In this document: one piece after another, positions 49,950 to 58,993 of the stretch | Layout of the letters: the number at the start of each line of letters is the position of its first letter | Position numbering within the stretch: the first letter of the stretch is position 1 | Source of the DNA: Deltaproteobacteria bacterium | GTDB taxonomy: Bacteria; Myxococcota; Kuafuiibacteriia; Kuafuiibacteriales; Kuafuiibacteriaceae | DNA length: 64,000 nt | Direction: 5' to 3' | Assembly (NCBI GenBank): GCA_040218735.1 | Contig: JAVJQW010000033.1 | Span: forward strand, 213,748-277,747 | Notes under the pieces: generated by a model | What the model was told of the DNA's origin: nothing | The model's database searches: none | What the model saw: the letters and a program-made list of their open reading frames with translations, nothing else | Program-made: the position numbers and the translations under genes

Positions 49950-51860
49950 GTGGGGGCCGAAGCACACGACGAGGGGCCGGCGCTGCGCGCGCTCGGCGCC
50001 GCCGCCCGCCACACGATCGCCGACGATCCCCTCGCGACGATTCGCCCCGACATCGACGCGTACGACACCTCGGAGCGCGACGCGTACGCGTCGCTCATCG
50101 CCAACCTGAAGAAGGACGCCGGCGGTCCGCACTACGCACGGTTCGGCGGCACACTCGGGCAGGGCGCGATGGGGTTGGTGCGTGCCGCGGTGCAGCCGCG
50201 CCTCGAACGCGAGGTCGCGGTGAAGGTGCTGCGCGACGATCACCGAGACGACGCCTCCACCCTGCGCCTCCTCCAGGAGGCGTGGGTCACGGGAATCCTC
50301 GAGCACCCGAACATCGTCCCCGTGCACGAGATCGCCGTGGACCCGGACGGCTTCCCGCAGGTGGTGCTCAAACACATCCGCGGTCGGCGATGGAACGACC
50401 TCATGCACGACGCCAACCTCCTGGAGGCGAACGTCGACACCCAGGATTCGTTCGAATGGAATCTGGGCACGCTGATGACGGTGTGCGACGCGATCGAGCA
50501 CGCGCACCGGCGCGGCATCGTTCACCGCGACATCAAGCCGGAGAACGTGATGATCGGCGAGTACGGCGAGGTCTACGTCGTCGACTGGGGCATCGCGGTC
50601 AGCACGCGCGACGAAGATCGGCGCCGCATCCAGCTCGCGCAGGACGTGAAGGAGATGTCGGGCACGCCGGGTTACATGGCGCCGGAGCAGGTGCAGCCGG
50701 TGCACCCGATCTCCGTCCTGACCGACGTCTACCTGCTCGGGTCGACGCTCTACGAGATCATCGCGGGCGAGGCGCCGCACAGCGGCGAGGACCTCAAGGC
50801 GCTCGTGCGCAACGTGCTGAAGAGCGATCCGACGTACCCGACGGAGGCCCCGCCGGAGCTCGTGCAGATCGCGCAGAAGGCGATGGCGCCGGATCCGGAG
50901 GATCGCTTCGAGAGCGCGCAGGCGTTCAAGACGGCGATCCAGCGGTTCCTCGACGGGCGCGGCTCGGCGCGCATCTGCTATCGCGCGTCGATGCGGCTCA
51001 CCGAGCTGGAGGGTGTGCTCGAGGATTCGACCCAGACCCGCGCGCACCGTCGCGCGAAGATCTACGACCTGTGGGGCGCCTGCCGGTTCGGGTTCATGCA
51101 GGCGCTCGAGGAGCGGCCCGACAACCCCGTCGCGAAGGACGGCCTGGAGCGCGCGACGACGATCGTCGCGCGGTTCGAGCTCGAGGACGGCAACGTCGAT
51201 GTCGCCGAGCGGCTCGCGCTCGGGATGGGGGAGTCCGGTGAGGCGCTCCAGACGGAGATCCGGCGCGCGCGTCGCAAGAAACACCGGCGCGAGGAGGAGC
51301 TGGAGGCGCTTCGGCGCGATCGGGATCCGCGCGTCGGACAGCGCGCGCGCGCGACGCTCGCGGCGATCCTCGGCGTCGTGTTCACCGTGGCGCCCCTCGC
51401 GCCGTACATCGTGGGGGTCTCGGGCAAGGAGCGCCTGCTGTCGACGGTGTTCGGGACCGCGCTGTTCCTGGCCGGCGGCGGGATGCTCGCGCTGTGGAAG
51501 CGCGAGGAGATGACCGCGTCGGCGCTCAACCGCGGGCTCCTCGGGACGATCTTCCTGACGCTGCTCGCTGGCATCCTCACCGATGTCCTGATCTTCCTCG
51601 CGGGCGCCGACCCGTGGATCGCGAGCTCGATGCGTTTCTTCCTGTGGATGATCGTCACCGCGATGGTGTCGATCGCGCTGGACACGAAGCTGTGGCCGTC
51701 GTCGGTCGGTTACACGATCGGCTTCGTCGTCTCGGTGCTGTGGCCCGGCGCGGTGTTCCCGATGATGTCGATCGCGAACCTCACGTTCCTGGTCAACGCG
51801 CTGTGGGCGTGGTGGCCGCGGGAGCGCGGCCGCGCGCGCGGTGACTCCGTCGTACCCTAG
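49950..51860 (+). CDS. Ser/Thr protein kinase with C-terminal multi-TM domain
   Basis: LGQGAMG, VAVKVL, HRDIKPENVM, VVDWG, GTPGYMAPEQ, TDVYLLG; about 6 C-terminal TMs. Confidence 0.92.
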   Translation: MGAEAHDEGPALRALGAAARHTIADDPLATIRPDIDAYDTSERDAYASLIANLKKDAGGPHYARFGGTLGQGAMGLVRAAVQPRLEREVAVKVLRDDHRDDASTLRLLQEAWVTGILEHPNIVPVHEIAVDPDGFPQVVLKHIRGRRWNDLMHDANLLEANVDTQDSFEWNLGTLMTVCDAIEHAHRRGIVHRDIKPENVMIGEYGEVYVVDWGIAVSTRDEDRRRIQLAQDVKEMSGTPGYMAPEQVQPVHPISVLTDVYLLGSTLYEIIAGEAPHSGEDLKALVRNVLKSDPTYPTEAPPELVQIAQKAMAPDPEDRFESAQAFKTAIQRFLDGRGSARICYRASMRLTELEGVLEDSTQTRAHRRAKIYDLWGACRFGFMQALEERPDNPVAKDGLERATTIVARFELEDGNVDVAERLALGMGESGEALQTEIRRARRKKHRREEELEALRRDRDPRVGQRARATLAAILGVVFTVAPLAPYIVGVSGKERLLSTVFGTALFLAGGGMLALWKREEMTASALNRGLLGTIFLTLLAGILTDVLIFLAGADPWIASSMRFFLWMIVTAMVSIALDTKLWPSSVGYTIGFVVSVLWPGAVFPMMSIANLTFLVNALWAWWPRERGRARGDSVVP

Positions 51861-51903
51861 GACCGCCTGGAACAGTCAGGCAAGGGAGCGGAGCGACCGC
51901 GCA

Positions 51904-51948
51904 GCGCGGCGCAGCCGCGCGAAGGGCCGCAGGCAGATTCACTCTGCC
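51904..51948. terminator. Two short hairpins between convergent genes
   Basis: GCGCGGC-GCA-GCCGCGC (51904-51920) and GGCAGA-TTCAC-TCTGCC (51932-51948). Confidence 0.4.
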
Positions 51949-51949
51949 G

Positions 51950-52585
51950 TTAACGGCCTGACCGGAGGGCGAGGCGGATCATCCGAAGGGCTTCTTCGAG
52001 CATGCCTTCGTTGAACTGCTTGTGCGCTTCCTTCTTGCGGTCGGCGCCGGACACCGCGAAGACCGACAGCAGCATGAGTCCGACGACGGAGATCATCGCT
52101 TCGGGTTTGGCGTCCTTCGCGAGCGCGCCGTCGCCCTGCAGGTGACGGAGCGCGTCGGCGGTGACGAGCATCCCCGGGCCCACGAGCTCCAACAGCTGGG
52201 CGGGGAGATCGCTGTCCGGGGTGATGAGGTCGCGCAGGATGTAGCGCGGGATGTCGGGGTTCGCGGTGAACAGCTCGACCCAGCTCTCGATGGCCGCCTG
52301 CAGCGGATCGCCGTCGCCGCTCACCGCGGTGATCAGCTTCGGCAGGAAGTCCTTCCACTGCCGCGCGAGTGACCCGACGACCTCGGCGCGCAGCTCCTCC
52401 TTCGACGAGAAGTGGTAGAGCAGCAGCTGTTTGCTGATCCCGACCGACTCGGCGATCTGCTTCACCGACGTCCCCGCGTAGCCCTGGTCCGCGAAGAAGT
52501 GGATCGCCGCGGCGAGGATCTCTTCGCGCAGCTGCTCCGGGGAGCTTCGTTTGGTTCTCGCCGAGGCCGGCACGCGCCGCATCAT
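51950..52585 (-). CDS. TetR/AcrR transcriptional regulator
   Basis: ILAAAIHFFADQGYAGTSVKQIAESVGISKQLLLYHFSSKEEL. Confidence 0.93.
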   Translation of the reverse strand: MMRRVPASARTKRSSPEQLREEILAAAIHFFADQGYAGTSVKQIAESVGISKQLLLYHFSSKEELRAEVVGSLARQWKDFLPKLITAVSGDGDPLQAAIESWVELFTANPDIPRYILRDLITPDSDLPAQLLELVGPGMLVTADALRHLQGDGALAKDAKPEAMISVVGLMLLSVFAVSGADRKKEAHKQFNEGMLEEALRMIRLALRSGR

Positions 52586-52600
52586 ACACGACCGCACATA

Positions 52601-52638
52601 CTGACTGATGGGAAAGGATTGACTTTCCATTTGGTAGG
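52601..52638. promoter_or_regulatory. Paired TetR-type operator sites in the divergent intergenic region
   Basis: CTGACT-GATG-GGAAAG (52601-52616) and CTTTCC-ATTT-GGTAGG (52623-52638), both degenerate versions of CTTACC-N4-GGTAAG, flanking TTGACT (52619-52624). Confidence 0.5.
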
Positions 52639-52653
52639 TCGGACGAGTGGGGC

Positions 52654-53979
52654 ATGCCCCGTACCGCGCTCGCGATCCCCGTCCTCCTCCTCGCGTGCTC
52701 CCCCGCGCCGCCGACCTACCTCGCGGACATCCAGCCGCTCACGGAGGCGCACTGCGCGAGCTGCCACAGCGACGGCAACATCGCGCCGTTCGCCCTCGAC
52801 TCCTACGACGCGCTCGTCGACTTCGGGCCGGCCGTGCGGCGGGCGGTGATGAACCGGACGATGCCGCCGTGGCACGCCGAGCCGTGGCACCGCGCCTACC
52901 GCTACGACTGGTCGCTCTCCGACGCGCAGGTGGAGCGGTTCGACGAATGGTTCGAGCTGGGCGCGCCCCTCGGAGACACCGCGGGCGAGCGGATCGAGCT
53001 CGAGCGTGCCCAGCTGCCGTCGGTCGATGTGGAGCTCACGCCCGAAGTGCCGTTCGTGCCCGATCCCGAGACGTCGGACGAGTACCGGTGCTTCGCGATG
53101 GACTGGCCGCTCACCGAGACCGCGTACGTGTCGGGCTTCGAAGGCGTGCCGGGGAACGTCGAGTCCGTGCACCACATGCTCGCGTTCATCGTGCCGCCGT
53201 CGAGCGCGGCTCGCGTCCGTGGCTTCGAGGGGGACGACGGTCGCCCGGGCTACCCGTGCTTCGGCGGCGTGACCAAGGACGGGTGGCAGCCGGCGAACGC
53301 CAGCGAGACGGTGCTCTTCAACTTCGGCGGCCAGTGGGCGCCCGGGTTGTCGGCGCAGCCGTTCCCCGAGGGCACCGGGATGCCGATCGAGCCCGGCTCG
53401 CTGATCGTGCTGCAGATGCACTACACGACGCTCGGGCAGGGCGATCTCACGGACCAGAGCACCGCGCGTTTCTCCGTGCGCGACGAGGTCGAAGCGCTCG
53501 GGTACTCGGTCGCGTGGATGGACGTCGGCTGGGTGACGAACCCGCCGTCGATGAAGATCCCGGCCGGGTCGACGGACACCTGGCACAGCTACACGGCGCG
53601 CCTCGACGCCAACCCGGTCGTCGACATCCTCGCGCCGGACTTCGACCTCACCTCGCCCGTGAAGCTGCACTCCGTGCTCCCGCACATGCACGTGCTGGGG
53701 CGTGAGATCGTCGTGGAGCGGGTGCGCGGCGACACGGTCGAGACCCTCGTGCGCATCCCCGACTACGACTTCAACTGGCAGCGCGTGTACGAGCTGATGG
53801 AGCCGATGCGTGTGCTCCCCACCGACGCGCTGCAGATCCGCTGCAACTGGGACAACAGCGAGGCCGCCCGCCGGGCGTCCGGGCTCCTCGACCCGGCGCC
53901 CTCCGACGTGACGTGGGGCGAGGGCACCGTCGAGGAGATGTGCATCGCCCTGCTGTACATGAGCCAGCCGTTGCGCTGA
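52654..53979 (+). CDS. Lipoprotein with c-type heme motif and copper type II (PHM/DBH-like) monooxygenase domains
   Basis: Lipobox LLAC; HCASCH; MPPW; VHHML, LQMHY, PHMHVLG, YDFNWQ, EEMC. Confidence 0.85.
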   Translation: MPRTALAIPVLLLACSPAPPTYLADIQPLTEAHCASCHSDGNIAPFALDSYDALVDFGPAVRRAVMNRTMPPWHAEPWHRAYRYDWSLSDAQVERFDEWFELGAPLGDTAGERIELERAQLPSVDVELTPEVPFVPDPETSDEYRCFAMDWPLTETAYVSGFEGVPGNVESVHHMLAFIVPPSSAARVRGFEGDDGRPGYPCFGGVTKDGWQPANASETVLFNFGGQWAPGLSAQPFPEGTGMPIEPGSLIVLQMHYTTLGQGDLTDQSTARFSVRDEVEALGYSVAWMDVGWVTNPPSMKIPAGSTDTWHSYTARLDANPVVDILAPDFDLTSPVKLHSVLPHMHVLGREIVVERVRGDTVETLVRIPDYDFNWQRVYELMEPMRVLPTDALQIRCNWDNSEAARRASGLLDPAPSDVTWGEGTVEEMCIALLYMSQPLR

Positions 53980-54041
53980 TTTCGCTTACGATCATCGGCC
54001 AGCGTTCCGAGGTGGGACTTTTGTTACTCTGATCCTCAGGA

Positions 54042-55724
54042 ATGGTCAGAGTAGGAGCTCCCCAAAACAGCCAACCCCTCCCCGCCGGCTGGGCGGCGGC
54101 CCCGAGCTTGGAGGCGGCCCGCGACGACGGCACCGTCGTCCGGCAAGGCCAGTTCGGCCCCTCGGTCGAACGGATCCAGCAAGAGCTCGTCGACGGTGGT
54201 TACTACGACGCGCTCCCCGGTGGGCTTCGGGACGACGAAGTAGACGGGAAGTTCGGCGCCCGAACCCACCAAGCGTTGCGCGCCTACCAGGCCGCCGAGG
54301 GGCTCGAGAAGGTGGACGGCAAGGTCGGCCCCGAGACCTACGCCGCCATGTTCGGCGACGCGACGACCACCCGTCCGATCGACGCCGCCACCCCCGACCT
54401 CCCGGACGCCGTCCGCGACGACGTCGGTGAGTTCGTCGAGAACCAGCAGAACCCGGGCGTCGTCGACGAGGACACCCTCAACGCCGGCGACCTCGCGCGC
54501 AACAACCCGCCGCCGCGACCGTCCGGCACGATACCCGCCGCGCGACCCGACGCGACGATCGACGCCAAACCCGCGCCCACCGACGGCGGCGTGCACGAAC
54601 GCTTCGCGGGGGACGCACAGCTCGAGCGCGTCGCCGAAGGTCGCCTCGCGCTCCGCCCCGGCGCGAGCGGCGAGCACGTCGAGAAGGTGCAGAACGCCCT
54701 GATCGATCTCGGCTTCGACATCCCGACCAACGGCGCGAGCGGCACCTACGACAGCGAGACCGCGATGGCCGTGCGCCGCTTCCAACGCGAGCGCGGCCTC
54801 GACGTCGACGGCGTCGTCGGCAAGAACACCCTCGCGTCGCTCAACGAGGTCGCGCCGCCCGCGGGCCAGCAGCTCGAGCGCAGCCCCGACTACGATCGCC
54901 TCTACGCGGACGGTCGCCTCGATACGACGATCGCGATCGGCTACGACGAACACGGCACCGTCCCGCGCACGACCCGCGGCATCGTCCACGGTCTACAGGC
55001 GCAAGGCTTCTCGCCGATCGATCCGTCGACGATGAGCACGGACGAGCGCGAGCGCCTCGGGCTCGCGGGCGATCGCTACGACCCGAACGCCGACTACTTC
55101 CACCGCGTCATCGAGCACGAGGGTCGTGAGATCGACAGCGTGGTGCGCCTGATCGAGCCGGGTGACACCGCGCGTGCGAGCTTCGAGCGCGCGATGGAGC
55201 AGGACGAGGTCGTCATTTACACCGGTCACGCGCGTTACGGCAGCGGGCCGGACTTCGACCACCGCACGGAGGGCGACGGGAACTTCGTCATCTCGCCGAA
55301 CGGGAACCCGGCGCACAGCCACGTGCCGTCGGACATCCGCAACTCGATACGCGACCAGCCCAACGGGTTGCGGGACGTGGACGGCGGCCCGGACTACCAG
55401 CTGCTGATCTTCAACGCCTGCTCGACCGAGAACTACATGCAGAACCTACGCGACCCGAGCATCTTCTCGGGCCGCGACCGCGACAACACGGACATCATCG
55501 CGACGACGGTGCCGACGCTCCTCGCGACGAACTCCGAACACACGCTGCGGTTCCTCTCGGGGATTCAAGATCGGGAGTCGATGAACGAGATCCTCGACGA
55601 CCAGAACGATATCGAGGTCGCGAAGCGCCAGTACTTCGGTCACGAGTGGCGCCCGTCGCAGCACACCTATACGGAGAGCGGTTTCCTCGACAACCCGGGC
55701 AACCGGTACGTGGATCGGCCGTGA
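54042..55724 (+). CDS. Signal-less protein with two PG-binding domains and C-terminal caspase/gingipain-like (clan CD) domain
   Basis: VDGKFGARTHQALRAYQ and GTYDSETAMAVRRFQRERGLDVDGVVG; VVIYTGHARYG and LLIFNACS His/Cys dyad. Confidence 0.75.
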   Translation: MVRVGAPQNSQPLPAGWAAAPSLEAARDDGTVVRQGQFGPSVERIQQELVDGGYYDALPGGLRDDEVDGKFGARTHQALRAYQAAEGLEKVDGKVGPETYAAMFGDATTTRPIDAATPDLPDAVRDDVGEFVENQQNPGVVDEDTLNAGDLARNNPPPRPSGTIPAARPDATIDAKPAPTDGGVHERFAGDAQLERVAEGRLALRPGASGEHVEKVQNALIDLGFDIPTNGASGTYDSETAMAVRRFQRERGLDVDGVVGKNTLASLNEVAPPAGQQLERSPDYDRLYADGRLDTTIAIGYDEHGTVPRTTRGIVHGLQAQGFSPIDPSTMSTDERERLGLAGDRYDPNADYFHRVIEHEGREIDSVVRLIEPGDTARASFERAMEQDEVVIYTGHARYGSGPDFDHRTEGDGNFVISPNGNPAHSHVPSDIRNSIRDQPNGLRDVDGGPDYQLLIFNACSTENYMQNLRDPSIFSGRDRDNTDIIATTVPTLLATNSEHTLRFLSGIQDRESMNEILDDQNDIEVAKRQYFGHEWRPSQHTYTESGFLDNPGNRYVDRP

Positions 55725-56371
55725 AGAGAGCGGTCATCGTCGCGTTGACGGGGGCGTGGCTCATCGCCGTGTCCGCCCCGGCGCGCGCCGAGACGACGAA
55801 GGACTCGAAGGTGCTCAAGGAAAGATCACTCGCCACGCTCCTCGACTTCGCGAAGTCGAGACCCACCCGCATCGAAGCCGCGCTCGCGCTCGGCAAGAGC
55901 GGCGACCCGAGCGTCATCCCGCCGCTCGTCGAGCTGCTCGGTCGGACGAGCGGCAAGCTGCGCCAGGCGATCGACACCGCGCTCGCCGGGCTCGACGCGG
56001 CGGGGTACATCGCGAAGGACCTCGACAGCGAACAGCCGCCGGTGCGCGCGCGCGCGACGTTCCAGCTGATGCTGCTGAAGACACCGAAGCTCGCGCCGCG
56101 GCTGATCGAGATCGCGAAGAACGATCCGGATCCCGAGGTGCGCGAGAACGCGGTCAGCACGCTCACCGCGTGGGACGAGGCGTCCGCGCTCGACGCCTAT
56201 CTGTGGATCCTCGCGAACGACGCGGTGCCGAAGGTGCGGTCCGCGGCCGCGCAGGGCCTCGCGCGCATCGACGATCCCGCGGCGCGCGCCGGACTCCAGG
56301 CGGCGCTCACGAACGAACCCGACGCATTCGTGAAGTACTTCATCCGCAAATCGATGCGCTCCGAGAAGTGA
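55721..56371 (+). CDS. Exported HEAT-repeat protein
   Basis: GTGA overlap with the upstream stop; signal peptide ending ARA-E; DPDPEVRENAV and DAVPKVRSAAAQGL repeats. Confidence 0.8.
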   Translation: MKRAVIVALTGAWLIAVSAPARAETTKDSKVLKERSLATLLDFAKSRPTRIEAALALGKSGDPSVIPPLVELLGRTSGKLRQAIDTALAGLDAAGYIAKDLDSEQPPVRARATFQLMLLKTPKLAPRLIEIAKNDPDPEVRENAVSTLTAWDEASALDAYLWILANDAVPKVRSAAAQGLARIDDPAARAGLQAALTNEPDAFVKYFIRKSMRSEK

Positions 56372-56432
56372 CGCGCCCTGCGCCCTTGGGGCCGATCCGG
56401 GACGCCGGGCGAATGTGCTAGCGTCCGCGGCG

Positions 56433-57698
56433 ATGCACGATCCGATGCACGACCCGATGGCGCTCGACGACGACGAGCTCCCACCGGCGTTCCGCAAACG
56501 GCGCGGTGGCGTGGGGGGCGGTCGCGTCTGGCTGTGGGTGACCGCGGCGGCGGCGCTCTTCGGCGCGATCCTCGCGGGGGTCTCGACGGCCGACTTCATC
56601 TCCCACCTCGACCGGCAGGTGCACTCGATTCACTGCTCCTTCATCCCGGGCGCGGGGGCGCAGCTCGGCGACTCCGGCTGCCGCACCGTGATGATGAGCC
56701 CGTACAGCTCGCTGTTCCGGGACTCGATGTGGGGCGGGCTGCCGATCAGCGTGCTCGCACTCGCGGTGTTCGCGTACCTCGTCTACCGCGCGGTGGATCT
56801 CGCGCTCGCCGAGGACGTCGACAAACGCCACACCGTCTTCCTGCTCGCGGCGACGGCGTTGCCGGTGCTGATGAGCGTCATCTACGGCTACATCTCGATG
56901 AGCGTCATCGGCACGGTCTGTAAGGTCTGCGCTGGTATCTACGTCTGCTCTGGCGTCTTGCTCGTCGGCGCGTTCCTCTCGCACCGCAACGCGGGGCAGC
57001 CCACCCAGTGGGCGCACGGCGGGATGGGCGGCACCTACGCGCGGTGGTTCGGCGAGGGCGTGGCCTACGTCGGGCTCCTGACCGTGCTCTACATCGGGCT
57101 CGCGCCGGTCTCGGAGAAGTCCCTCGAAGGGTGCGGGACGCTGGTGACCACCGAGGACAAGTCGAACGTGATGATCGAGATGGGGACACGCGGCGGCGAC
57201 AAGGCGATCGCGGTGCTCGATCCGCTGTGCCCCGCCTGCAAGGGCTTCGACAACCGCATGGAGGCGAGCGGGCTGATGAAGAAGCTCGACCTCGACGTGG
57301 TGTTGTTCCCGCTCGATTCGAAGTGCAACTGGATGGTGAAGGAGTCGCTGCACCCCGGTGCGTGCCTCGTGAGCCAGGCGATGCTCTGCGACAAGGACGC
57401 CGCGCCGAAGATCCTCGCGTGGGCGTTCGAGCACCAGCAGGAGCTGCTCGAGGCCGCGAAGAAGGACGAGAACAACGTGAAGCGTCGCCTGCGGGAGGAG
57501 TTCCCGAGCGTCGCCTCGTGCGTCGGGACGGCGAAGGCGAAGAACAAGGTCAACAAGAGCCTGCGGTGGGCGGTGAAGAACGCGCTGCCCGTACTGACGC
57601 CGCAGCTGTTCGTGAACGGCAAGCGTGTCTGTGACGAGGACACCGATCTGGGGTTGGAGTTCACCGTGACGAAGATGCTGGAAGGGGGTCGCCGATGA
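56433..57698 (+). CDS. VKOR-family membrane protein fused to DsbA-like thioredoxin domain
   Basis: Loop Cys pair (IHC...SGCRTVMMSPYS), GLPISVL, VCKVC; LDPLCPAC; TPQLFVNG. Alternative starts at 56445 and 56457. Confidence 0.85.
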   Translation: MHDPMHDPMALDDDELPPAFRKRRGGVGGGRVWLWVTAAAALFGAILAGVSTADFISHLDRQVHSIHCSFIPGAGAQLGDSGCRTVMMSPYSSLFRDSMWGGLPISVLALAVFAYLVYRAVDLALAEDVDKRHTVFLLAATALPVLMSVIYGYISMSVIGTVCKVCAGIYVCSGVLLVGAFLSHRNAGQPTQWAHGGMGGTYARWFGEGVAYVGLLTVLYIGLAPVSEKSLEGCGTLVTTEDKSNVMIEMGTRGGDKAIAVLDPLCPACKGFDNRMEASGLMKKLDLDVVLFPLDSKCNWMVKESLHPGACLVSQAMLCDKDAAPKILAWAFEHQQELLEAAKKDENNVKRRLREEFPSVASCVGTAKAKNKVNKSLRWAVKNALPVLTPQLFVNGKRVCDEDTDLGLEFTVTKMLEGGRR

Positions 57699-58378
57699 AC
57701 CCCGCGATGCGAACGCTCGGTTTGGCCGTGTTGGGGATCGTCGTCCCCGCGGTCTGCGTGGTCGTGTGGATGGGGCGCGCCGAAAAAGAGATGCTCGCCG
57801 CGAACGACGCCACCGCGGACGTCGCGCTCGCGAGCGCCTCCGAGGACGACTACTGCTCACCGCGTTTGAAGAAGGTGCTGCGCCGGGTGGCCGGTGCGTG
57901 TGGTCTGATCGACGGCGCGGGACGCGGCTGCAAGCCGGGTGACGCAAAGAACGTCGCTGCGCTCTCGGGCACCGACTTCAACACGTTGTTCGTCCCGCTT
58001 TCGCACCGCGCGAGCATCGTGCAGTTCGACGCCGAACAGGTGGAGCTCGACGAGCGCGCGAAGTCGTTGGTGGAGTCGGCGTGGAGCGAGCAGCGCGGTG
58101 CGAGTTTCTTCTTCGTGGTCGCGCGCGCGAGCCCGGACGGGAACGCGTCCTACAACCAGCAGCTGTCGCAGCAGCGCGCGGAGGCGGTGCTGAACCACCT
58201 CGACCAGCGCTTCCAGGATCCGGACCTGCGCGGATCGGTCGGCCTGCTGTGGCTCGGCGAGGAGTACGCGCAGCTCGACAAGGAGTTCTGCGACTGGCGC
58301 CGCAGCCGCGAGGGGGACTGCACGACGAAGGACATCAACCGCTCCGCGTTCGTCGCGTGGATCGACTGTCAGATCTGA
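57695..58378 (+). CDS. Cys-rich membrane-anchored OmpA/MotB-like domain protein
   Basis: IVQFD...LD, VVARASPDGNASYNQQLSQQRAEAVLNHL, GEE, NRSA. Confidence 0.75.
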   Translation: MNPAMRTLGLAVLGIVVPAVCVVVWMGRAEKEMLAANDATADVALASASEDDYCSPRLKKVLRRVAGACGLIDGAGRGCKPGDAKNVAALSGTDFNTLFVPLSHRASIVQFDAEQVELDERAKSLVESAWSEQRGASFFFVVARASPDGNASYNQQLSQQRAEAVLNHLDQRFQDPDLRGSVGLLWLGEEYAQLDKEFCDWRRSREGDCTTKDINRSAFVAWIDCQI

Positions 58379-58977
58379 TGCGATACACGACGCTGATCAT
58401 CGCGGGCCTGCTCCTCTTCGGCTGTGAGGAGGAGGTGAAGAAGAAGGGCCCGGCGCCGAGTCGGTTCGCGGCGGTGAAGACCAACACCAACCGCGACCGC
58501 GCTTCGAAGATCTTCTGCGAGCGCGCGTACAAGAAGGGCGAAAAGCGCTGGGCGGCGCCGCCCTCGCGTCCCGTGCCGGGGGGTGCGGGCACGAAGGCCA
58601 AACCGGGGTGGCGCTGGGTGAACTTCTGGGCGAGCTGGTGTGGTCCGTGCGTCGAGGAGTTCCCGCTGCTGGCGCGGTGGGAGAAGGCGCTGTCGGCCGA
58701 CGGTCGCGCTCTGTCGTTCGAGCTGTGGAGCGTGGACGAGGAGCAGGCCCCCTTCGAGGCGGCGCTCGCGAAACACAAGGAGCGGTTCCCGCCCGCGTCG
58801 ATGCACTGGCTCAAGAGCAGCGACGATCTCGAAGGGCTCTTCGCGTCGCTGGGGATCGGCGCGGACTCCGCGATCCCGGTGCACGCGCTCGTCGACCCAT
58901 CCGGCGATCTGCGCTGCGTGCGCGTCGGTTCGGTGGGCGAGGGCGACTACGGATCGATCAAGGCGCTCATCGATTGA
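58378..58977 (+). CDS. TlpA-like thiol-disulfide oxidoreductase lipoprotein
   Basis: MRYTTLIIAGLLLFGC lipobox; WVNFWASWCGPCVEEFP; IPVHALVDPSG. Confidence 0.88.
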   Translation: MRYTTLIIAGLLLFGCEEEVKKKGPAPSRFAAVKTNTNRDRASKIFCERAYKKGEKRWAAPPSRPVPGGAGTKAKPGWRWVNFWASWCGPCVEEFPLLARWEKALSADGRALSFELWSVDEEQAPFEAALAKHKERFPPASMHWLKSSDDLEGLFASLGIGADSAIPVHALVDPSGDLRCVRVGSVGEGDYGSIKALID

Positions 58978-58993
58978 TGCGTTCGACAGCAGA

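Noticed and set aside
56431-56460. 12-bp tandem repeat (MHDP x2) as a phase-variation tract
   Set aside because: Only about 2.5 in-frame copies, so it cannot shift the frame.
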